Source: Phototrophicaceae bacterium (lineage in GTDB: Bacteria; Chloroflexota; Anaerolineae; Aggregatilineales; Phototrophicaceae). Taken from it: a stretch of DNA of 64,000 nucleotides. This document shows, in pieces, positions 43,701 through 52,484 of this stretch (positions are counted from its first letter, which is position 1; every line of letters begins with the position of its first letter). The notes under the pieces were generated by a model. The model worked only from the letters and a program-made list of their open reading frames with translations, was not told the DNA's origin and did no database searches. The stretch spans positions 1,842,153-1,906,152 of the forward strand of contig OZ240208.1 of the NCBI GenBank assembly GCA_965197455.1. The letters run 5' to 3'. A program made the position numbers and the translations under genes.

Positions 43701-43747
43701 CCCCCGCAGGCCCCGACACCTTTTTCGCTGTTCGGCCCTGAACGCCC

Positions 43748-45346
43748 GTGCTCACCGTTGCGGACGCATTGCGGCTGCCGGCCTTAAGCGGCGCCCGCCT
43801 GGTCGCCGGCGCGGCGGGCAGCTGCCGGTCCATCAGCCAGGTACACCCGGTCAGCGGGCCGGATGCCGCCCGTTGGCTCAACGGCGGCGAATTCATCCTG
43901 ACCACCGTCAACAACCTGCCGGCAGATGCCGCTGGCCAGCGCGCCTGGTTGCAGGCCCTCGTCGACAAGAATGTGGCCGGCATGGGACTGGCCGTCGGCA
44001 ACGCCATCGAGTGCGCGCCCGCGGCGTTGTGCGAGGCTGCCGAGCGCCATCAGTTCCCGCTCATCGAGCTGCCCTCGCGCCTGCGCTTCGTCGATGTCGC
44101 CCGCAGCGCCAACGAGCTCATCGCCCAAGAACACCTGGTGCTGCTGGAACGCGCGCTCAACATCCAGCGTGTGCTGACGCAACTGGTGCTGGATGGCGGC
44201 GACCTGCAGCAGCTGGCCAACACGCTCGCTGATCTCATCGGCCAGTCGGTCAGCATCGAGGATGGTCGCTTTGAGGCGTTGGCCAGCGCCAACATCAGCG
44301 TCTTCGATGAGGCGCGCCGCTACACCCTGCGCGAGGGCCGCACCGATCCGCGCCTCGTGCGCGTGCTGCGTGACCGCGGCTACCTCGACACCATTAGCAG
44401 CACGCTGCGCCCGCTGGCGCTGCCGGCGCTGCCCGAGGTCGGCCTTGAGATGGAGCGCATCCTGGCGCCCGTCGTCGTCCACGGCGACATCTACGGCTAC
44501 GTCTGGATCATCGCCGACGACCGCCCGTTGACCGACATTGACCACATGGCCATCGAAAGCGGCGCGACCATCGCCGCCCTGATGATGTTGCACCAGGAAG
44601 CCGTGCAGAGCGCCGAGATGTCGTTGAAAGGCAGCTTCTTTGCGCGCCTGATTGAGGGCGATGAAAGCCAGGGCGCCCTTCTGGCCGACCAGGCCCTGCG
44701 CTACGGCATCGACCTCGGCATGCCCTTCCGCCTGTTGCTCGTCGCGCCGCCGGAACGGCAGCAACCCTTGCGCGTTCAGCGCCGCATCCACCAGCTGGCC
44801 GCGCGCGAGGCCTGGCAGGCGATTGTGGGCCAGTTCGCCGGCCAGGTGTTGCTGCTGCTGCCGGCAGACACAGCGCCTGATCACATCAGTGCGAAGTTGC
44901 GACGTCTGCGCGTGGGCAAGAGCCTGCGCATCTGCGTCAGTCCGCCACAGCGCGACGCCGCCAGGGTGCCGCTCGCCTACAGTCAGTGCCAGCAGGCATT
45001 GCAAATCGCGCGCCGCCTGGAGCTGCCTCCCGTGACGAAGTACGCGCAGCTCGGCTACCTGCTCACCCTGTGGCAGGCAGGACCGCAGGAACTGGAGTCG
45101 AACCCGCATTTGCCGGCGTTGCGCCAGTTGCAGCAGGAGGAGCAGGCGGACCTGTTTCGCACGCTCGAAACCTGGCTGGATGCCGGCGGCAATGGCGCCC
45201 GCACCGCCCGCGCGTTGCACATCCACCGCAGCACGCTCAACTACCGCCTGCAGCGCATCCGCAACATCTGCGACAACCCGCTCAGCGAGCCCGCCGCCCG
45301 GCTCGACCTGCAGTTCGCGCTCAAACAGCTGCGCCTCTTCGGTTGA
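43748..45346 (+). CDS. PucR family transcriptional regulator
   Basis: 532 aa with a GTG start. N-terminal purine-catabolism-regulator-like region (LTVADALRLPALSGARLVAG). C-terminal PucR HTH (TLETWLDAGGNGARTARALHIHRSTLNYRLQRI). Confidence 0.85.
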   Translation: MLTVADALRLPALSGARLVAGAAGSCRSISQVHPVSGPDAARWLNGGEFILTTVNNLPADAAGQRAWLQALVDKNVAGMGLAVGNAIECAPAALCEAAERHQFPLIELPSRLRFVDVARSANELIAQEHLVLLERALNIQRVLTQLVLDGGDLQQLANTLADLIGQSVSIEDGRFEALASANISVFDEARRYTLREGRTDPRLVRVLRDRGYLDTISSTLRPLALPALPEVGLEMERILAPVVVHGDIYGYVWIIADDRPLTDIDHMAIESGATIAALMMLHQEAVQSAEMSLKGSFFARLIEGDESQGALLADQALRYGIDLGMPFRLLLVAPPERQQPLRVQRRIHQLAAREAWQAIVGQFAGQVLLLLPADTAPDHISAKLRRLRVGKSLRICVSPPQRDAARVPLAYSQCQQALQIARRLELPPVTKYAQLGYLLTLWQAGPQELESNPHLPALRQLQQEEQADLFRTLETWLDAGGNGARTARALHIHRSTLNYRLQRIRNICDNPLSEPAARLDLQFALKQLRLFG

Positions 45347-45783
45347 CGCCACCCCAATCCCGTTTCACAGCATTGAGACAACCTCGCCACTACCTGGAGA
45401 TGCTGTTGTCCTTTGCTTGACTCACAACTTAATAATGACTTTTTGTCCCGTTTTTGTTCGCATTCCTGAACGCCCGCCTGCCACGACTGTCAGGCTTGGC
45501 ATCCGTCACACTGCCACAAGTTTGAACCTGTACTCCAGGTAGCGGAAACCGGGACTCGCTGATTCCACGCGCGCGCATCAAAGCTGCTGCACCGCGCTGC
45601 CAGTGCCGTTGTCACGTTTCGAAACCATAGAACATAACCTTGCCATACACTGAACCCGCGCCTTGACCTTGTCTTTACCTTTCATTAAGGTTGCGCTCGC
45701 GGGACCTGGTTTCTCCATGGCTGCCTCTCTGCACCCGACGCCACGTTCCAACGGTGCATTCCCCCGCAACGAGGAGGCAGTCT

Positions 45784-47094
45784 GTGAAACGCTTGCTGTA
45801 CGTCGCGCTGCTGGTCGTCCTGACAGCCGCTGCCCTGTACGCCGCTGGCGCGCAGAACACGTCACAGGCCCAGGAGCAATGGCGCGGCCTGCGCGTCGCT
45901 GTCGAAAACCGTTGCGCGCCCTATGACCGCGATGATTATCCCTATTCCCAGTCCGTCGAGCTGAACATCATCGCGCGCGAGGGCGGGGCCATCTGCAGCC
46001 CCTACACCAACGAGTGCTTTGAAACGCGCTTCGAAACCGACATTGAGCACATCGTCGCCGTGTCCGAAGCGCACGACAGCGGCCTCTGCGCTGCCAGCAA
46101 TGCCACCAAACGACAGTTTTCCTCCGACCTGCGCAACCTGACCCTGGCCTCGCCCGCACTGAACCGCAACCAGAAGCGCGCGAAGGACGCCGCTGACTGG
46201 CGGCCGACACAAAATCGCTGCTGGTTCGCCAACCAGATCATCACGGTGCGCCGCGCCTATGACCTGAGCATCGACCGGCGTGAGGCGAATGCGCTGGACA
46301 GGATTCTGGAAGGCTGCGGCACGACCGGGACAGTGGCGCCGGACGCAGGCTACGTCGTCACCCACAGCAGCACGGTGAATGCGCGCTCCTGCGCGGACAC
46401 GGCCTGCGCCATCGTCACCACCTTCCGCAGCGGTCAGGCGCTGGACGTGATCGAGCAGGTGACCGGTGTGGCCTGGCGCGACGACACGCGCTGGCTGAAA
46501 GTCCGCCATGCGGACACTGAGGTCTACGTGCACGCTTCCCTGGCCGGGAGGGCTACCGCCACGCCGGCAGCCATAGTGACGTCCACACCGAGGCCGACCA
46601 GCGCAGCGCCCTCCGTCAACGTGAACCAGGCGACCACCCGTTACTACGTCGTCGCGTCAGTCAGTGTCAACGCGCGCAGTTGCCCGCGAACCAGTTGCAA
46701 TGTCATCACCAGCTTCGCGCGCGGCGCTGCGGTCAACGTTCTGCAGCGCGTCTCCGGCGAGTCCGTCAGCGGCAATGCGAGCTGGCAGGCGGTACGACAC
46801 AACAATGCGGTGGCCTACATCCACGCCCCCCTGCTGTCGCAGACCCGGCCGAGCGCGGTCAGCGCTCCCGCGCCACAACCGGTTTCGCGGTCAGTACAAC
46901 CGGCGTCTGCGCCGCAGCAGCAGGTGCAGCCGACCACCGTGCCGGGCTCGCAATTCAGCTGCAACTGCTCAAAGACCTGCGGCGCCATGGCCTCCTGTCA
47001 GGAAGCCTACTTCCAGCTGAACCAGTGCGGCTGTTCGCGCCGTGACTCGGACAGTGACAGCGTGCCCTGCGAGAGCATCTGCCCAGGAGGCTAA
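45784..47094 (+). CDS. Secreted DUF1524/HNH-type nuclease fused to two SH3b-like domains and a C-terminal Excalibur Ca-binding domain
   Basis: GTG 45784 follows GAGGAGG. Signal peptide KRLLYVALLVVLTAAALYAAGA. Nuclease block YDRDDY...DIEHIVAVSEAHDSG...NLTLASPALNRNQK. Two units of the type NARSC..T.C.(V/I)(I/V)T.F.(R/S)G.A..V...V. C-terminal CSRRDSDSDSVPCESIC. Confidence 0.75.
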   Translation: MKRLLYVALLVVLTAAALYAAGAQNTSQAQEQWRGLRVAVENRCAPYDRDDYPYSQSVELNIIAREGGAICSPYTNECFETRFETDIEHIVAVSEAHDSGLCAASNATKRQFSSDLRNLTLASPALNRNQKRAKDAADWRPTQNRCWFANQIITVRRAYDLSIDRREANALDRILEGCGTTGTVAPDAGYVVTHSSTVNARSCADTACAIVTTFRSGQALDVIEQVTGVAWRDDTRWLKVRHADTEVYVHASLAGRATATPAAIVTSTPRPTSAAPSVNVNQATTRYYVVASVSVNARSCPRTSCNVITSFARGAAVNVLQRVSGESVSGNASWQAVRHNNAVAYIHAPLLSQTRPSAVSAPAPQPVSRSVQPASAPQQQVQPTTVPGSQFSCNCSKTCGAMASCQEAYFQLNQCGCSRRDSDSDSVPCESICPGG

Positions 47095-47212
47095 ATTTGC
47101 TGCCAAGTTTAGGGGAGAGGCTCCTTCCTTCCCCAACTAGCGAGGACGTCACGGGGGCACTGGCGCGCGCCGTGCTACAATCCGGCCAGGAGCCAGTTGC
47201 CGGAGGCCGCCC

Positions 47213-47716
47213 ATGCCCGCCAATGACGAACTGAACCAGCGCATCGGCGTGCTCACGCGCCGCGAGACCGAGGCGCGCATCCTCGCGCCGCTGCTTGAGG
47301 CGCTGGGTGAAGAGTTCGGGCGCGAGCGCGTATTCGCTGTCCTGCGTGAGACGATCATCAGAATTGCGCATGAACAGGGCGCGGCCATGCGTGAACAACA
47401 AGGCAGCGATGACCTCGGCGCCTTCGCTGACACGCTACCGGCCTGGCAGCAGGATGACGCGCTACGCATCGAGACGCTGCGCCAGGACGACAACGCCTTC
47501 CACTTCAACGTCACGCGCTGCCGCTACGCCGAGTTGTATCACGCGCTGGGCATCCCGGAGCTGGGCGCGCTGCTCTCCTGCAACCGCGACTTCGCGCTCA
47601 TCGAGGGCTTCAACGCGGACGTCCAGCTGGAGCGCACGCAGACCATCATGCAGGGCGCAAGTCACTGCGACTTCCGCTACACGCTGCCGGCATCTGAAGA
47701 ACAAACGGACCCGTGA
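47213..47716 (+). CDS. L-2-amino-thiazoline-4-carboxylic acid hydrolase-like (ATC_hydrolase family) protein
   Basis: 167 aa. Pattern [33 protein letters not shown]...[15 protein letters not shown] recalls the ATC_hydrolase family. Assigned from memory of the family pattern only. Confidence 0.5.
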   Translation: MPANDELNQRIGVLTRRETEARILAPLLEALGEEFGRERVFAVLRETIIRIAHEQGAAMREQQGSDDLGAFADTLPAWQQDDALRIETLRQDDNAFHFNVTRCRYAELYHALGIPELGALLSCNRDFALIEGFNADVQLERTQTIMQGASHCDFRYTLPASEEQTDP

Positions 47717-48921
47717 AACTGCTCGTCGTACCGGCTTCGCTTGACCTGCGGCAACCCTTCAGCGCGACGCCGGCCTGGTGGCAGCTGCTCAAGGCGCTGC
47801 ACGAGGAAGGCGCCGAGCTCATCGCCAGCCCCTGGCAGGGGCCGCCCATCGAGTCGCTGTGGTGGCGCGCCGCGGCCAACCCCGCGCAGTGGCAGGGCGA
47901 CGCCTGGCTGGCTGCGCGCAGCCTGTGGCGCCGCGTGCTCGGCACGCCAAAGCCTGTGCAACTGGAAGATAACGATGTGCCGCCATCGCGCCTGGCGCGC
48001 GAGCTCTGGTCATCGCGGCTGCTGCGCAAGTTCGCGCACGCAGCGATCGCGCCGCTGTGGCACGCGCATCTGTCGCGCATCCTGAGCAAGCAGCCGGACA
48101 TCGACGCCCTGCTTTTCCTGACTGTGCCGCTCAACCAGCTGACCGGCGTGCCGCGTGCGCTGTCGGAGAAATTCGATGTGCCGGTCTTCTACTACGACGG
48201 CGACGTACCGGCCAGCCTGCCGCAGATGGGCGGCTTCGCCAGCGGCTTCCGCATCTACCAGGGCGCGCAGCCGGAGGAATATACGGCCTTCATCAGCAAC
48301 AGCCTGGGCGGCGCGGTCGAACTGCGCAAGCTCGGCGCGCGCGCGGCCTACACCGTCTACTATGGCGTGGACGAGACGGTCTTCAGTCCGATGCGCGCCC
48401 CGACGCAGGACATCGACTTCTTCTTCTACGGCCACGGCCGTGAATATCGCTCGCTCTGGATCGACGACATGATCGCGCGGCCGGCGGCGGCCATGCCCGA
48501 CGCGAGCTTCGCCGTGCGCGGCACAAACCTCGGCGACCTGGGCCCGACGCAACAGTTACCCTACCTCAGCTTCAACAAGCTACGCGAATACGTGGGGCGC
48601 AGTCGCGTCAACCTGTGCATCACGCGCCGCGCGCACGCCAGCCTCTACGGTTCCTCCAGTTCTCGGCCCTTCGAGCTGGGCGGCATGGGCGCGTGCATCG
48701 TGGCCAGCCCCTACGCCGGCCTGGAACTGTGGTTCGAGCCGGAGCAGGAAATCCTAGTGGTGCACTCGTATGAGGAAGCGCTGGAGCGTTATCACTGGTT
48801 GCTTGCGCATGATACGGAACGGCAGCGCATGGGCGCAGCGGCGCGGGCGCGCGTGCTGTCCGAGCACACCATGCGCCACCGCGCGCGCCAACTGCTGGGC
48901 ATCATGCGCGGGCATTTGTAG
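47713..48921 (+). CDS. CgeB-like glycosyltransferase (Glyco_trans_1_2-type C-terminal domain)
   Basis: GTG 47713 overlaps the upstream stop (GTGA). C-terminal [33 protein letters not shown]...EILVV...[33 protein letters not shown]. Confidence 0.6.
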   Translation: MKLLVVPASLDLRQPFSATPAWWQLLKALHEEGAELIASPWQGPPIESLWWRAAANPAQWQGDAWLAARSLWRRVLGTPKPVQLEDNDVPPSRLARELWSSRLLRKFAHAAIAPLWHAHLSRILSKQPDIDALLFLTVPLNQLTGVPRALSEKFDVPVFYYDGDVPASLPQMGGFASGFRIYQGAQPEEYTAFISNSLGGAVELRKLGARAAYTVYYGVDETVFSPMRAPTQDIDFFFYGHGREYRSLWIDDMIARPAAAMPDASFAVRGTNLGDLGPTQQLPYLSFNKLREYVGRSRVNLCITRRAHASLYGSSSSRPFELGGMGACIVASPYAGLELWFEPEQEILVVHSYEEALERYHWLLAHDTERQRMGAAARARVLSEHTMRHRARQLLGIMRGHL

Positions 48922-49057
48922 GTGGAGAAAACCAAATCAGACGTAATCAACTTTAGAAAATATATATCTTCAAGCTGATTAGAACGTTTGGAAATTTCTG
49001 ACAGAATTCTTGCACTTTGGGCACCGGACGAAGACTCACCTTCATCGCCAGCCCCTT

Positions 49058-49104
49058 GAATCAAAGGCCCGCGCTGCCAGAGCGGTTGGCTCGGCAGCGC
49101 GGGC
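49058..49104 (-). terminator. Intrinsic terminator for the 70-aa ORF
   Basis: 12-bp perfect stem: gcccgcgctgcc (49067-78) pairs with ggcagcgcgggc (49093-104). On the minus strand it is followed by CUUUGAUU. Confidence 0.6.
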
Positions 49105-49122
49105 GTTCCAGATGTTCAGATT

Positions 49123-49335
49123 CTACACCCGCGCGCCCATCCACTTCGCGTCCATCAGCTGGCCAAACTCCAGCCCGCGGCGCGCTTCCACCAGCGTCTG
49201 GTAGCCCGCGTTGCGGCCACGCCCCTCGCTCAGCACCGCGCGCAGGGCTTCCACCAGCGAAGGCCGCTCCACCCGCTCGCTCAGCCAGTCCCGCTCGACC
49301 TGCTGCAGCCGCATCATTCCCGTCATCGTCGCCAT
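49123..49335 (-). CDS. Small hypothetical protein (70 aa)
   Basis: ATG 49335 is preceded by GGAGGA with a 6-nt spacing. A strong hairpin terminator lies 19 nt after the stop. No recognisable motif. Confidence 0.55.
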   Translation of the reverse strand: MATMTGMMRLQQVERDWLSERVERPSLVEALRAVLSEGRGRNAGYQTLVEARRGLEFGQLMDAKWMGARV

Positions 49336-49491
49336 CGTTTGTTCCTCCGTTTCTTTTTCGTCTTACCTCCATTACGCGACAAATCGCGCGCCGGTTCAAG
49401 AGTCCATGCAGTCCATCCACGGCGTTTTTACAGCGTTCTTACGGCGTTCCAACACTTGCCGCGTCCACGCTGGTCCAGTAGGCTGGGCGCC

Positions 49492-50652
49492 ATGATTAAC
49501 CGCCCACAACCCATTCTGACCGACGCCAGCAATCCCTTCGCCAACCGCACCCTGTGCGAGCGCCTGCCCGCCATCCTGCGCGAGACGCGGGCGCTCAACC
49601 CCGACTACTCGCCGCAGATTCACGACGCCATCCAGCGCCTGCACGACGAGCTGGTCAACGACGCAGCGATTCGCCTGATCGAGACGCCGGCGCCCGATTA
49701 CGACGACTGGCACGTGGCCTGGTTCCCCTTCCGCGAAACCAGCTGGCAGCGCTGCCAGTGGTTCTTCGCCGAGGTCTATCACTACCGGCTGCTCATCGAG
49801 GCTGTGCGCTGGTGGGAAACGGGGCGCGACCCCTTCGCGCCGAAGAAGGCGGAGGAATACGCCAGCGCGGCGCATCGGGAGTTGCTGACGCGCGCCCTGG
49901 CGGCGGAGGGCTCACGCGAGGAACGGCTGGCGACGCTGCTGGAACTGGCCGTCTGGGGCAACCGCATCGACCTCAGCTACGCCGTCTCATCCGCGCATGG
50001 CAGCCAGGCCCGCGCCGAAGACCTGCTCGTCGATGAGCGCGCGCGCGTCATCGCGCATCTGCTGCGCGAGCCGGGTGAGGTGCACATCATCGCCGACAAC
50101 GCCGGCAGCGAACTGAGCATGGACCTGGCGCTGGCAGCGCTGCTGCTGACTGAAGACCTGGCGCCGCGAGTCGTGCTGCACCTCAAGCTGCACCCCACCT
50201 TCGTCAGCGACGCCACCGTCACTGACGTGCTGGGCTTCCTTGCCATGTTGCGCGCAGGGACACAGGAGCGCGACGCCCGCCAGTTCGGCGAGCAGCTGCA
50301 AACGCTGCTGGAACAGGGGCGACTGCGCCTGGCACCGGACTCCTGGTGGAACAGCACGGCCTTCCTCTACGCGCTGCCGCCGCGCTTGCAACAACAGTTC
50401 GCACAGGCGCGTCTGGCCATCATCAAGGGCGACGCCAACTACCGGCGCATGGTCTACGACACCATCTGGCCGGCCGACACCCCGCTGCGCAGCGTCGCCG
50501 GCCACTTCCCCTGCCCCTTGCTGGCCCTGCGCGCACTGAAGAGCGACCCGGTCGTGGGCCTGGCGCCGGGACTGGCAGAGCAGCTGGACGCGGTCGACGC
50601 GGACTGGCGCGTCAACGGCAAACGCGCCCTGCTACAGGGCACGCTACCGTAA
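49492..50652 (+). CDS. DUF89 / ARMT1-like damage-control phosphatase family protein
   Basis: ATG 49492 (MINRPQPIL). Motifs IADNAGSELSMDLALAALLL, VLHLKLHPTFVSD and AIIKGDANYRRMV. The upstream part of ORF 49339.. is not protein-like. Confidence 0.8.
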   Translation: MINRPQPILTDASNPFANRTLCERLPAILRETRALNPDYSPQIHDAIQRLHDELVNDAAIRLIETPAPDYDDWHVAWFPFRETSWQRCQWFFAEVYHYRLLIEAVRWWETGRDPFAPKKAEEYASAAHRELLTRALAAEGSREERLATLLELAVWGNRIDLSYAVSSAHGSQARAEDLLVDERARVIAHLLREPGEVHIIADNAGSELSMDLALAALLLTEDLAPRVVLHLKLHPTFVSDATVTDVLGFLAMLRAGTQERDARQFGEQLQTLLEQGRLRLAPDSWWNSTAFLYALPPRLQQQFAQARLAIIKGDANYRRMVYDTIWPADTPLRSVAGHFPCPLLALRALKSDPVVGLAPGLAEQLDAVDADWRVNGKRALLQGTLP

Positions 50653-50661
50653 CGCGCGAAC

Positions 50662-51222
50662 TCAGCCTTCCTCGTACTCGCGCCAGGGAATGAAGCGCTC
50701 GCGATAGACGAGGTCCTGCCAGTAGCGACGCTTGCCTGGCTTCATCACGAAGGACGGGTTCGGCTGTGGATGCCCCACGCAGAGCACCATCCAGGGCGTG
50801 AAACGGTCCGGCAGGTTGAGGATCTTGCGCAGGGCGGGCACGTTGAAGGAGGTCACCGGCCCGGACGCCAGGCCCAGCGAATGCGCCGCCAGCGCCATGG
50901 TCTGCGCCGCCTGGCCCACGTCCATCAGGAAGACGGGGTCATCCGCCTCCTCGTCGATATAGGTCGGGAAGTTGCGCCGGTCGACGCATGCGAAAATATA
51001 CGTGGGCGCATTCGAATAGATGCCTGGCGAGACGCGGCGAATTAACTCGATCAGTTCCGGGTCCTGCACCACCAGAAAGCGGTTGGGCAGGTGGTTGCTG
51101 CCGGTCGGCGACCAGCGGGCAGCCTCAAGGATGATTTCCAGGTCCGCCTCCGAGACCTGCTCGTCGGTCATTTCGCGCACGACGCGACGCGTTTTGATGT
51201 TGTCCAGCACCGGGTTGCTCAT
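50662..51222 (-). CDS. Nitroreductase family protein
   Basis: 186 aa. N-terminal IKTRRVVREMTDEQV, plus ILEAARWSPTGSNHLPNRFLVV. Its start overlaps the upstream stop. Confidence 0.85.
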   Translation of the reverse strand: MSNPVLDNIKTRRVVREMTDEQVSEADLEIILEAARWSPTGSNHLPNRFLVVQDPELIELIRRVSPGIYSNAPTYIFACVDRRNFPTYIDEEADDPVFLMDVGQAAQTMALAAHSLGLASGPVTSFNVPALRKILNLPDRFTPWMVLCVGHPQPNPSFVMKPGKRRYWQDLVYRERFIPWREYEEG

Positions 51223-51548
51223 GCCTCACCTCCCGTCGTCAGGCCGGCGCGCGCGACCAGGCATTCGCCCAGCGCCTCATTCAGCTCGACCACAATCGCC
51301 TTGTACTGCTCCGGCATGCCGGTGATCGTATGCGAGACCGGAATGCGCTCCAGGGCCACCTCCAGCAGCTTGCGCACCTCCGGCGACACATCATCAATCA
51401 CCATGGCCGCCAGGCGCTCGGCAGCGGTCAACTGCCGCAGCGGCCCGTAGCGCGCCGGCTCGCGCAGCAAGAGCAGCGCGCAACTGAAGAACAGGGCCAT
51501 CAATTCAACAACTTCGTCTTCCGTCAAAAACTTGCGTTCCGCATCCAT
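51219..51548 (-). CDS. Hypothetical protein (110 aa), translationally coupled to the nitroreductase gene
   Basis: ATG 51548 (MDAERKF) is preceded by GGAGGAGG. The stop overlaps the nitroreductase start (ATGA). No recognisable motif. Confidence 0.6.
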   Translation of the reverse strand: MDAERKFLTEDEVVELMALFFSCALLLLREPARYGPLRQLTAAERLAAMVIDDVSPEVRKLLEVALERIPVSHTITGMPEQYKAIVVELNEALGECLVARAGLTTGGEA

Positions 51549-51760
51549 GGGCACCTCCTCCACTGCGCGAAGTATGACACGCCACATGAATTCAGACGAC
51601 AATATTTCTGTTCAAGATGTGAAAATTTGAGAACCTTTCAGACGATTACTCATTTACTACTATTTCGTTTTTGGCACCTGGAAACTCGTCAGTCAGCTAA
51701 AATGTGTCTCTAGCCATTCTGTAGCATATGTCTCATCAAAGTTAGCTGCGTATAAGATTT

Positions 51761-52291
51761 TCAAGCACGTATAAATTCCACTGAAGTATCAAATTCAAAA
51801 TCCAAAACAAAATAAGGATTGAAAACATGAGATATTTCGTACCTCAAAATCCGCATTACTATTCCGTTGTTTTGACTGTCGTAGAAAAGAGGAGGTAATT
51901 CCAAACCGATTATGAAAAGTCCAGGTGGTTCAAATCTCTTTGAAGGCCTTACACTGTTTACCCAACGTTCTATGAAGGCTCTTGACCTTTGCGCTTCCAG
52001 GTTTCTTCTCCGAATATGATCTAAAGGATAATTCTTGGGGAATTGGTATTCTCTTTGGACGAATTCTTGCTTCAAGGCACGCAGTATTCCGGGCTTCGCA
52101 CTCTCCCAAATTTTATTCAAATTTGCGCTTTCATAGTTTTTGCGATGAGCACGCTTCATTCTGACTTTCCTTACAAATCTAACAAGATTCCTAGGGATGT
52201 AAAAGACAGCTTTGATGGTGTGTATGACCAGCCATCGCAGATCACGATAGATATCTCTTAGCAATCCTTCAGTTCCGAGCTTGACAGTCAT
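51761..52291 (-). CDS. Orphan hypothetical protein (176 aa) in a low-GC islet
   Basis: The only long ORF in the AT-rich block 51603..52466. Lys/Arg/Phe/Tyr-rich composition, unlike neighbouring proteins. No recognisable motif. Confidence 0.5.
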   Translation of the reverse strand: MTVKLGTEGLLRDIYRDLRWLVIHTIKAVFYIPRNLVRFVRKVRMKRAHRKNYESANLNKIWESAKPGILRALKQEFVQREYQFPKNYPLDHIRRRNLEAQRSRAFIERWVNSVRPSKRFEPPGLFIIGLELPPLFYDSQNNGIVMRILRYEISHVFNPYFVLDFEFDTSVEFIRA

Positions 52292-52484
52292 TGCTGGTAC
52301 GTCCCCAACATTTCCATTACATCAAGTATCCATGGCATATCAAAGCGCTTGTGCCAAAGAGGGTTCAAAGATGAATTGATTTCATTGGAATATACACAAA
52401 GTCTAACTTTGATATGCGTGTGGAACAAGGACAAAAAGCTGAAACTTCAAGGTTGTTGAGCCTCATATGGTACACTGCCGCGCC

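Noticed and set aside
43700-43748. Expected rpmF (L32) immediately downstream of the yceD/DUF177 gene
   Set aside because: Only 47 nt separate yceD from the PucR gene, and no L32-like ORF is present. Absence of a gene is not a feature by itself, and rpmF is presumably elsewhere.
43784-45352. 522-aa minus-strand ORF, and similar long ORFs at 13516..14931, 52365..53591, 53816..55282, 54490..55575, 57626..59035, 60302..61732, 62747..63940, 33370..34695, 36672..37793, 23841..24995, 7866..8978 and 9021..10517
   Set aside because: Each lies antisense to, or out of frame with, a gene that has strong family motifs. Their products are Arg/Ala/Gly/Pro-rich low-complexity sequences typical of shadow ORFs in high-GC DNA.
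47095-47140. Possible hairpin (aggggagagg...ccttccttcccc) as a terminator after the nuclease gene
   Set aside because: The stem is imperfect, with only about 6 contiguous pairs, and no U-tract follows.
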